A DNA stretch of 64,000 bases, taken from positions 130,237-194,236 of the forward strand of contig JABLTJ010000001.1 of the NCBI GenBank assembly GCA_013166775.1. The letters run 5' to 3'. The stretch is from Promethearchaeati archaeon (GTDB lineage: Archaea; Asgardarchaeota; Heimdallarchaeia; Heimdallarchaeales; Heimdallarchaeaceae). How positions within the stretch are numbered: position 1 is the stretch's first letter; the number at the start of each line of letters is the position of its first letter. Made by a program: the position numbers and the translations under genes. This document shows positions 54,225 to 62,361 of this stretch, piece by piece. The notes beneath the pieces were generated by a model, which did no database searches, was not told where the DNA came from, and saw only the letters and a program-made list of their open reading frames with translations.

Positions 54225-55255
54225 TAGTTTTCACTGTCTTGTGTGATTACTGCACCACAATTAGAGCAGAAATTTGATTTAGTTTTCTCCAAATTTCCGC
54301 AAATCCTACATGTTCTAGCTGGTGTATTCTTGTTGAAGAGATTTGTGTATGTTATAGGTTTCAGTACAATATTTTTGTTTTCTATAGAAATTGAGAAATT
54401 TTTTGGATTATCTATCTCTTGTAATATTGATTTTGGAATAGCTAACCTATTTTGTCTGTCCACAGATAATATTCTGCTTTTGTCTAATTTTCTTAGTTGT
54501 ATTTTGCTACTATGTTGACCTTGAACAATACCATCCTTCAATTCCAATATTCTATCAGCACGTGTAGCAACTTGTTGGGAGTGGGTAACTATACATATGG
54601 CAATTCCAAGTTCCTCATTAATTTTGTCAAACAAATCTAGAATATTCTCTGCTGTTACTACATCAAGATCTCCTGTGGGTTCGTCCCCGATCATTATTGT
54701 TGGATTAGTGATTAATGTTGTAGCAATAGCTGCTCGTTTTCTTTCTCCACCAGACAGTGTGTTTTGTTTCTTATTCCTTTTATCCCATATCCCTAAGAAT
54801 TGCAAAAGGAATTCAGTCCTTTCTTCTATTATGTGGGATTGAACCTTTGCATAGTGTCCCGCTAATACAATATTCTCCTCTACTGTAAGGTGTGGTAAAA
54901 GTCTGCTATCTTGAAAAATTACACCTGCAAAATTCCGTCTTGCTTTAATAATTTCTTCAAGTGATGATCTTGTAATGTCCTTTGCTAAGTCTTTCCAGAA
55001 CACTTTTCCAGAAGAAGGTTTCACCATCCCAGCAATTATAGAAACTAAAGTGGTTTTTCCAGAACCACTTGGACCTATTAGAAATAGTTTTTCTCTCGGT
55101 AATACTTTGAAGGATACCCCTCTCAATGCTTGGGTTTCTATTTTTCCTGTCTTATAAATTTTAATGATGTCTTCAACTTCTAGAATAGGTATTGATTCAA
55201 TATCGATACTTAATGTTTCATCTCCTGATTGTATATTGATATCTGAAGGCATCAA
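54224..55255 (-). CDS. ABC transporter ATP-binding protein (MacB/LolD/FtsE-like) fused to a C-terminal AbrB/SpoVT-like domain and a zinc ribbon
   Basis: GPSGSGKTT, LSGGERKR, MIGDEPTGDLD, THS. Then VDRQNRLAIPKSILQEIDNPKNFSISIENKNIVLKP (swapped-hairpin AbrB pattern) and CRICGN...CSNCG. Confidence 0.85.
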   Translation of the reverse strand: MMPSDINIQSGDETLSIDIESIPILEVEDIIKIYKTGKIETQALRGVSFKVLPREKLFLIGPSGSGKTTLVSIIAGMVKPSSGKVFWKDLAKDITRSSLEEIIKARRNFAGVIFQDSRLLPHLTVEENIVLAGHYAKVQSHIIEERTEFLLQFLGIWDKRNKKQNTLSGGERKRAAIATTLITNPTIMIGDEPTGDLDVVTAENILDLFDKINEELGIAICIVTHSQQVATRADRILELKDGIVQGQHSSKIQLRKLDKSRILSVDRQNRLAIPKSILQEIDNPKNFSISIENKNIVLKPITYTNLFNKNTPARTCRICGNLEKTKSNFCSNCGAVITQDSEN

Positions 55256-55365
55256 AAAAATCTCCTTTTAAGCACTAATAAGATTGTTTATCTTGTTAAA
55301 ACTTTGCTATTTACATGATTTACTAACCGCACCAATACTGAATAATCCCAAATAGAAAGAAATTA

Positions 55366-55391
55366 GATAATTTGTCAATTGACAAATTATC
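55366..55391. repeat. 26-bp perfect palindrome
   Basis: gataatttgtcaattgacaaattatc. It begins 5 nt downstream of the stop of the 55396..56403 gene and lies ~110-135 nt upstream of the ABC-AbrB gene start. Confidence 0.9.
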
Positions 55392-55395
55392 CTTT

Positions 55396-56403
55396 TTAAT
55401 TTTCAGTGCTTCCTTCAAATATTAACTCTGGAGTTTGTCTTGCTTGGATAAATTCTTTGATCTTTCGAACTGGAAAATCTATGTTCTTCCACAAATTATC
55501 AATATTTCCTATTATTATTAAGAAACCATAAACAATCAAGAATGGAACCAAATTGATTAACCACATAGTGAAAGTAACTCCAATAGGGTGATATTGACCT
55601 CGCAACCCATACTCAAACCCATATTCTAGAAAATTATTTGTAACTCTTTCAATGAACAGAGAATAGAATATATCTTGAAAATTTAATCTAATATCACCAG
55701 TCATCAGAGCTAAAGCTGTTCCTACTATTAAGCTACCCACAAAGATAGCAACCAAGAAAGTACTTGCTTTTGGTAGATATTTTGTTTTCTTTATTTTCTT
55801 GAATACTATGAAATTGTAAACAGCTGTAATAAAAGCACCCAATAAGATGGGTATCCAAACAATCCAGAAGTAAGTTTGCGTGCCTTTTGGACTAGGATCG
55901 TTTAATATAATTGAAGAACCATTTATGTGAACATTTGAGCCCCAAATATTAGGTGCATTGAAGAATCTATGTTTTTGATTAAAAGCAATCTCTGAAATGG
56001 GATCTGCTCCGTTTCTGAAGAATCCACTATCAGTGAGCATGAAAAGTGTAAACCCAAATAATAGTGTTACAATTGGTGCAAAAAACCAAATTACAAAAGG
56101 CTTTGCGATAAATCTTAAGTTAGGATTTTGATTAGAATTAAGTCCATAAGTAAGAAAAATATCCATCCAGTATCTTGGACCTTCAAAGAAACTTTCGCCT
56201 CTTAAAGTATTAGTTATACATATAGACAAGATACTTACTAACCATGTGGCGATAAGATATATTCCAAATGGTGAATGAATTTTCTTCCCAATGAATTTTA
56301 ATGAAGCTAAAGACCAATCTTTCCATACTTCCCCAAACGAACGAGGACGCATATCTGTGGAATGAGCTGCTTGCTCTTGTGATTCAGTACTTTGCGAAAC
56401 CAT
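55396..56403 (-). CDS. polytopic membrane protein, unknown function
   Basis: 335 aa, about 7 hydrophobic helices with one larger extracytoplasmic loop (NAPNIWGSNVHINGSSIILNDPSPKG). Confidence 0.7.
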   Translation of the reverse strand: MVSQSTESQEQAAHSTDMRPRSFGEVWKDWSLASLKFIGKKIHSPFGIYLIATWLVSILSICITNTLRGESFFEGPRYWMDIFLTYGLNSNQNPNLRFIAKPFVIWFFAPIVTLLFGFTLFMLTDSGFFRNGADPISEIAFNQKHRFFNAPNIWGSNVHINGSSIILNDPSPKGTQTYFWIVWIPILLGAFITAVYNFIVFKKIKKTKYLPKASTFLVAIFVGSLIVGTALALMTGDIRLNFQDIFYSLFIERVTNNFLEYGFEYGLRGQYHPIGVTFTMWLINLVPFLIVYGFLIIIGNIDNLWKNIDFPVRKIKEFIQARQTPELIFEGSTEN

Positions 56404-56540
56404 AATTATACACGTGCCTATAAAACAATAAACATTTTAAATCTTTTCTCTTAATATTCATTTTCGTTTAAGAAAATGCTTCAACCAAAATGCTTTAAGA
56501 TGTTTTTATTGTGGAAAATTTAATCCCTTGAGGAAAGCTC

Positions 56541-57974
56541 ATGACTGATGAACATGTTATAAGCTTAGTAAGCGCTGGAATTGATGTAGGAACTACAACT
56601 TCTCATTTAATTTTCTCGAAGCTTAAACTAGAGAAGGTTTTTACTCCCAGAGGTGTGAAATTCGAAGTAACAGAACGAGAAATTCTCTATAAAGGAAATA
56701 TTATCTTGACTCCTCTGCTTGATGGACAAGTTATAAATTATTTAAAATTGGTTGAATTTCTGAAACAAGAATACGAAGCAGCAAACATTTCAATAGAAGA
56801 TATCGATACTGGAGCTGTTATTATAACAGGAGAAAGTGCAAAAAAGGAGAATGCAGAAGAATTAGTTAAAGCTTTAGCACATAAAGCAGGGAAGTTTGTG
56901 TGTGCAGCTGCTGGTCCTAATTTTGAGTCTGTTATCGCAGCTATGGGATCTGGGGCAGTAAATTATTCAAAAAACGAAAAGAAAACAGTTGTGAACATAG
57001 ATGTGGGTGGAGGAACTAGTAACATAGCTATTGTAAGGGACGGGGATATAGTTGATGCTGCTTGCGTTAATGTTGGCGGAAGATTATTAGCTTTTGATCG
57101 GGAAAACAAGATAATAAGAATAGAATCCCCTATAAGAATATTCGAAGATGATATAGGAGTTAAGTTTGATTATGGATTAAAACTCTCGGAAAATCAAAAA
57201 AGAATCCTAGCTAGAAAACTCGCAGAGTGCTTGTTTGAAGTGTTGAATCAGAAAATTCATTCTAATTCTGCAAAAAAGCTTCTAATGACAAATCCATTAG
57301 ATTATGAGGGGAAGATAGATGAATTTATGTTTTCAGGAGGAGTAGCAGAATATATTTACAAAAAAACTGATCATGATTACAAGGATTTAGGTAATTATCT
57401 TAGTGATGAAATTCAGCGAATAATTAGAGAAACCGGAATAGTGATTCATGAACCAACAGAATTGATCCGAGCAACAGTCATTGGAGCTGGGCAGTATACA
57501 CTACAAGTATCTGGTGTTACTACTCATATTTCAGATCCAGATGTTTTACCTTTGCATAATTTGCCAGTAATAGAACCCAAAATTAACACCAAGAATATTA
57601 CTGAAAATAATATTACAAATTCTATTCTAAAGAGTCTTGATCTATTTGATATTGAAGAAGGAGATGAAATTGTTGCTCTCTTATTCAAAGGTGCTATTGG
57701 TGGTTCTTACGCAGGATTAACTACTTTTACTAAAGGAGTAGCCAATGCTTTGCAAAATACAATAAGAAAAGAAAAACCTGTTATCATGGTTTTTGATAGA
57801 GATGTGGGAAATTCTGTTGGAAATGTTATGATGAGAGAAACGACTGCAACAAAGAATATAATTTCAATAGATGAAATTTTAGTTGAAGAGGGAGATTTCA
57901 TTGATATTGATATACCAAAAGCTGAAGGACAAGTAGTTCCTGTTGTTATAAAATCCCTGATTTTTTCAAACTAG
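56541..57974 (+). CDS. eutA: EutA-like ASKHA (actin-fold) ATPase; reactivase-type protein without adjacent EutBC
   Basis: SAGIDVGTTTSHLIFSKL, GAVIITGESAKKENA, AAAGPNFESVIAAMGSGA, VNIDVGGGTSNIAI and ACVNVGGRLL are collinear with E. coli EutA as I recall it. Confidence 0.8.
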   Translation: MTDEHVISLVSAGIDVGTTTSHLIFSKLKLEKVFTPRGVKFEVTEREILYKGNIILTPLLDGQVINYLKLVEFLKQEYEAANISIEDIDTGAVIITGESAKKENAEELVKALAHKAGKFVCAAAGPNFESVIAAMGSGAVNYSKNEKKTVVNIDVGGGTSNIAIVRDGDIVDAACVNVGGRLLAFDRENKIIRIESPIRIFEDDIGVKFDYGLKLSENQKRILARKLAECLFEVLNQKIHSNSAKKLLMTNPLDYEGKIDEFMFSGGVAEYIYKKTDHDYKDLGNYLSDEIQRIIRETGIVIHEPTELIRATVIGAGQYTLQVSGVTTHISDPDVLPLHNLPVIEPKINTKNITENNITNSILKSLDLFDIEEGDEIVALLFKGAIGGSYAGLTTFTKGVANALQNTIRKEKPVIMVFDRDVGNSVGNVMMRETTATKNIISIDEILVEEGDFIDIDIPKAEGQVVPVVIKSLIFSN

Positions 57975-57979
57975 ATGGT

Positions 57980-59611
57980 TTACCAACCAATAGCTAATCC
58001 GTCTGCACGGGGACTAGAACCACCACAGAGGACACCATTTTTTGGGTTACGAGTTATAATCTGTCCTCTCCCAAAAATCATACGAGATACACCTGAGGTA
58101 GGAATGATTTCATGACCCATATTGCTTAATGTGCTCATTGTAGCAGTGCTAATCCCTTCTTCAAGAGCCACTCTTCCACCACTTGTTCCATCTCGAATAG
58201 TAAATCTTGGGGCATTAAGGGCTTCTTGTGGATTCATTTCAAAATCAACCATATTACATATGACCTGAGCATGACCTTGAGGTTGATTGAAACCTCCCAT
58301 TACACCAAAACTCGCATAAAGTTCATCATTCTTTGTTGCCATTCCAGGAATAATTGTGTGATATGGTCGCTTTTTTGGTCCTAGAGCATTTGGATGATTT
58401 TCATCAAGAGAAAAGTTTGCTCCTCGATTCTGTAGTGTAAATCCACATCCTTTAGGTATCAAACCAGTACCAAATCCCATATAGTTTGAGTTTATAAAAC
58501 TACAAGCATTTCCTTCTCCATCCGCTACAGAAAAGTAAACAGTATCTGAACTAGTAGTTGGGGATCCTCGTTGAACATCAATCGTTGCTTTCTTTAAATC
58601 AATCAATTCTCTTCTTTTAGCCGCGTATTGTTTTGAAATTAATTCCTTTATTGGGATATTCACGATTGCAGGATCTGCAACATACCAGCGAGTATCTGCA
58701 AATGCTATTCTCATAGCTTCGATCATCACATGTAGATGTTCGATTGAAGAGTGTTCCATTTTGCCTATGTCAAACTCTTCTAGAATATTAAGAGCAATAA
58801 GAGCAGTAATTCCTTGACCATTTGGAGGGATTTCATAAACCTCTACTCCTCGATAATTAGTTGATATAGGTTCATCAAATGTACTGTGATGATTCTTTAA
58901 ATCTTCGAGAGACATTGTACCTTCTTTGGATTGGATTAATTCAATAATTGCTTCTGCGATTCTTCCTTCATAAAATCCAGCTTTTCCATGCTCAGCAAGT
59001 TCTTTGAAAGTTTGTGCGAGGGTTGGATTCTTCATGAGTTCTCCCTCTTTTGGTGCTTCGCCATTTAGTAACATTTCTTCAGCGAAAGGACCCATTTTCA
59101 ATATTCTTGTACTACGATTCCAAGCTCTAGCAGTAAATGGAGCAACTGGGAACCCTTCTTCAGCTAACTCAATAGCTGGAGCTAAAATTGTTTTAAGCTC
59201 CAAAGTACCGAATTTTTCTATTGTATCAGTCCACCCAGCAGCTGCACCTGGAACAGTTATTGTATGAACACTCAGGGATGGTAAAGACTCTGTTATTCCT
59301 TGTTCTGAAAGAAATTCTAGATTAAGATCTGCGGGTGATCGACCACTTGCATTGAGTCCAGACACAGTTTTAGTTTTATTATCAAAGAATAAACAAAAGC
59401 AATCCCCACCGATTCCTGTTGAACATGGTTCTGTGACGTTCAATGCTGCAGCTGTGGCAACAGCTGCATCTGCCGCATTTCCTCCTTGTTGAAGAATTCT
59501 CATTCCTGCTTCTGAAGCTAATGGTTGACTAGAAGCTACTATCCCTCTTTTACCATAAACAGGAGCGCGATAAGAATCAAAACGCAAACTCATGATGTTA
59601 AGATAATTCAT
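57980..59611 (-). CDS. ggt: gamma-glutamyltransferase (Ntn hydrolase)
   Basis: GGNAADAAVA, TGIGGDCF, autoprocessing/nucleophile region SDTVYFSVADGEGN, GFGTG, MGG. Confidence 0.9.
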   Translation of the reverse strand: MNYLNIMSLRFDSYRAPVYGKRGIVASSQPLASEAGMRILQQGGNAADAAVATAAALNVTEPCSTGIGGDCFCLFFDNKTKTVSGLNASGRSPADLNLEFLSEQGITESLPSLSVHTITVPGAAAGWTDTIEKFGTLELKTILAPAIELAEEGFPVAPFTARAWNRSTRILKMGPFAEEMLLNGEAPKEGELMKNPTLAQTFKELAEHGKAGFYEGRIAEAIIELIQSKEGTMSLEDLKNHHSTFDEPISTNYRGVEVYEIPPNGQGITALIALNILEEFDIGKMEHSSIEHLHVMIEAMRIAFADTRWYVADPAIVNIPIKELISKQYAAKRRELIDLKKATIDVQRGSPTTSSDTVYFSVADGEGNACSFINSNYMGFGTGLIPKGCGFTLQNRGANFSLDENHPNALGPKKRPYHTIIPGMATKNDELYASFGVMGGFNQPQGHAQVICNMVDFEMNPQEALNAPRFTIRDGTSGGRVALEEGISTATMSTLSNMGHEIIPTSGVSRMIFGRGQIITRNPKNGVLCGGSSPRADGLAIGW

Positions 59612-59645
59612 GTAAAAATAAATCTAATGGTATAGTTGCATCTTC

Positions 59646-60449
59646 TTATGATAGTTGAAAGAATTCGTTTAGCATTTGAAAGAATTTCATTCTATTCCAA
59701 TCAATTTCCTCTAGACCATAGTCCTCAAAAAAGTATTTGACCCACTCTCCCCCTAAATTATACCCAATGCTCCATGCAACAGCTGCAAAATCAAAGTATC
59801 TATCATTTATCCCCCCAAACGACCAATCAATAAAGCCACTTAATTCTTTGTTCTTAACAATTACATTGGGTAAACAGTAATCTCCATGTGAAAAAACATA
59901 ATCGTACTTTCTAGGTTTATTCTTTAGTATCTCCTGAAATAATTCTTCAGGTGTTTTATCACTCCATCTTTCATCAAATTTACTATTATCAATTTTTTTA
60001 TTCTCCAGTTTATCTTTTGCAATTTGTAGAAGGTTATCTGGGGAATTATTTATTGGACAATCAGAATAATCCATGGAATGAATCTTTTTTAGTCCTTCAG
60101 CTAGTATCTTAACGTTTTGTCTTTTTATTTCATCTGAATTTGCCTTAAAAGAAACTTCACCTTCTATTTCTGACATAAGCAAATACTCCTTGCCCTTGTA
60201 TTTACAAAAAAAGAGTACTTGTGGAACAAGCAATTTACTTTCTAGCCATTTTAAAATTGTTTTTTCCCTTTCCAAATTAAAAACTGATTCTGGTTTGTTT
60301 ATTTTTAAATACAATGTCTGGTGTCTATTATCTAGTTTGAAAACTTCGGTTCTTGAACAACCAATTGTGTTTACTACCCAGTCATACTCTTCTAAGATTA
60401 TTTTAAGCTCTGGAGGGAGTTTGTGTTCTAAGATAGTATTCTTGTCCAT
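59646..60449 (-). CDS. aph: aminoglycoside 3'-phosphotransferase-like kinase (APH(3') family)
   Basis: VFSHGDYCLPNVIVKNKELSGFIDWSFGGINDRYFDFA (HGD catalytic loop + D-x-x-R/D), LYLK ATP-lysine region, C-terminal KFFQMLNEFF. Collinear with APH(3') enzymes as recalled. Confidence 0.8.
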   Translation of the reverse strand: MDKNTILEHKLPPELKIILEEYDWVVNTIGCSRTEVFKLDNRHQTLYLKINKPESVFNLEREKTILKWLESKLLVPQVLFFCKYKGKEYLLMSEIEGEVSFKANSDEIKRQNVKILAEGLKKIHSMDYSDCPINNSPDNLLQIAKDKLENKKIDNSKFDERWSDKTPEELFQEILKNKPRKYDYVFSHGDYCLPNVIVKNKELSGFIDWSFGGINDRYFDFAAVAWSIGYNLGGEWVKYFFEDYGLEEIDWNRMKFFQMLNEFFQLS

Positions 60450-60631
60450 TAAATCAATACAGAATACTCACTATCTTTTATATTACTTTAGACTTTTACA
60501 AAAAGACAAAAATGAAGGTATTTACCTAGATTTATTTCCAAAATTTGGGCACGCTTTTATATGTATTCCAACTTCATAATAGCATTTAGTACAGGATTTG
60601 GTTGATCCTGGGGGAGATTAAGAGGAGTGAA

Positions 60632-61210
60632 TTATTGTTGCTTGTTCATTTTCATAGGACTCTGTTTTTTCCTTTTTGACACTCGAATAGCTATGAATGT
60701 TAGAGGTGCAAGCAATATGGTGAATAAAATATAGAAGCGATTCGACAACTCATTTTCTCTAACAAATATTTCTCCTCCATAAAATCCATATGTGCTAAGC
60801 GTAATAGTTATTTTTGAATCGAAAAAACTTTTTGAATTATCAATTACAAGATAATATCTGCTCTTTTCATTTAGATGTAGATAGTAATCACCATCTGGGT
60901 TATATGTTGAATTAATGAATTTATACGAAAAATCCTCTTCCCAATTTTTAAAATTCTCTTTATCAAAGATGTATATAGTAACTGGATTATATCCGTATAT
61001 GGATTCAGTTGTAAGTTTTACATTGAATGTTTGATCTCCTGTACTTGCTATTATGTATTCATAATCATAAGCATCAATTGCAAAGGTTTTAACATAATAA
61101 GAGTATGCTCTGGAATTAGTGGATAATAAAACGAGAAGAATAATTGTAATGACAATGATTAGTATGCTTCTTGTTATTACATTTTTCATCCTTCTGCTTA
61201 TATGATTCAT
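60632..61210 (-). CDS. membrane-anchored extracytoplasmic protein (N-terminal signal anchor + C-terminal TM)
   Basis: N-terminal ILIIVITIILLVLL, beta-rich Y/N-rich middle, C-terminal FYILFTILLAPLTFIAI + basic tail. Confidence 0.55.
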   Translation of the reverse strand: MNHISRRMKNVITRSILIIVITIILLVLLSTNSRAYSYYVKTFAIDAYDYEYIIASTGDQTFNVKLTTESIYGYNPVTIYIFDKENFKNWEEDFSYKFINSTYNPDGDYYLHLNEKSRYYLVIDNSKSFFDSKITITLSTYGFYGGEIFVRENELSNRFYILFTILLAPLTFIAIRVSKRKKQSPMKMNKQQ

Positions 61211-61413
61211 CCTAAGAACTTTCGTTTTCTTTTATAAAAACATTTTCGTTAAATGCCCCTCTAATATGAGAATCGTTAATTTTATCTGTTCTCTGCTTTT
61301 TTTTAAATGATATCAGAATTATTTATTTAACATGAGAAAAGTATCTTTAATCACTCTTCTAACAAAGAGATATATTTAATATGATACCTTTTTAGAACCC
61401 AGTATGAACTATC

Positions 61414-61814
61414 TGTAGAGTATACTACAGTTTCGGAGAACTAGTTCAAATAGTTGTAATATTACATCGTTGGTTTCTTCCCACTTGATGATAGATATTC
61501 CCTCATCTAATAATCTAGCAAGAGTTGCAATCTTCTCGTCTATATCTATAGAACAATGTAGTTTCATCTCTCCTCCAAAAACCATTGAAACATTAGTAAA
61601 AATGTTACGAAAATCAGTTGAAATCGGAACCTTAAAAGATGTAAATGTAGAAAAACTGGTATTGTATTTGTGGTCTGTAGTTCACGGTGCTACTTATGTT
61701 TCACATTCTGTTGTTTTTTATCCGAGTGCAGAAATGTCTTATTTTGGTGCAGCAGACGATTTCCAAAGATTTGTTATAGCACTGTTAAAAGAACAATTAG
61801 AAGCTTTCATTTAG
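61414..61814 (+). pseudogene. decayed TetR-family regulator (HTH lost, frameshifted)
   Basis: One frame (61414-61488) reads VYYSFGELVQIVVILHRWF, like the end of a TetR HTH (lYYyFksKeeL). A second frame (61470-61814) carries a TetR-C-like LVLYLWSVVHGATYV. Stops lie upstream and no intact N-terminus exists. Confidence 0.4.
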
Positions 61815-61998
61815 GGTTAAATTCGAGCACTGGAATCACTTTATTTTTTGCATTCCAATAATTAAAATGACATACTATATAAGTGTCTGAACAAGCGCAA
61901 GCTTGAGAGGTACAGCGAGGAAAATTAAAATTAGTCCGTCCATTAATTTCAGTTCTTTTAACGATCTGCTCCCTCCTGTACCTCCTTTCACCTTGCAA
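61807..61998 (-). pseudogene. possible second tnpB-like C-terminal fragment (weak)
   Basis: INGRTNFNFPRCTSQACACSD resembles the TnpB G-x2-v-x2-v-x3-TSQ-x-C-x2-CG segment. No start or N-terminal part. Confidence 0.2.
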
Positions 61999-62051
61999 GC
62001 TTTATCGTATATTTTGTACTTTTTAATTAGGAAATTTTCTGTATTCCATTA

Positions 62052-62315
62052 ATGTTACAAAGAATTAATAAAGGAGTTTCATTAGTTTCCATAGATAAAA
62101 CAATTGAATCCATACAGAAGAAACAAGGCGATTGTATGAGCGAAATAGAAAAGGAAGAGTTACTGAAAAACCTAAAACGACCTACAGATCAAACATCTAC
62201 AATCGATATGGATGCAGTTGATTTTGTTCTTTTAAAATTAAATGAAATTAGACATGAAGTGAGTCTTAAACTAAAAGATCATGAAAATAAAACAAAGAAA
62301 AAAAGCGTATCTTAA
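62052..62315 (+). CDS. hypothetical small protein
   Basis: 87-aa ORF, charged/helical, no motif. Confidence 0.3.
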   Translation: MLQRINKGVSLVSIDKTIESIQKKQGDCMSEIEKEELLKNLKRPTDQTSTIDMDAVDFVLLKLNEIRHEVSLKLKDHENKTKKKSVS

Positions 62316-62361
62316 TTTCATCTGTTAACACTAAAATAAAACTGCTTTTGCTTTCAGAGAA

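Noticed and set aside
56541-59611. Ethanolamine-utilisation locus
   Set aside because: Only the EutA-like gene is present. No EutB/EutC, microcompartment shell or EutH-like genes are visible, so I do not call a eut operon.
60600-60612. GGTTGATCCTGGG, resembling the 5' end of archaeal 16S rRNA (GGTTGATCCTGCC)
   Set aside because: No rRNA-like sequence follows. The next bases belong to the 3' end of a minus-strand protein gene. This is a chance 11/13 match.
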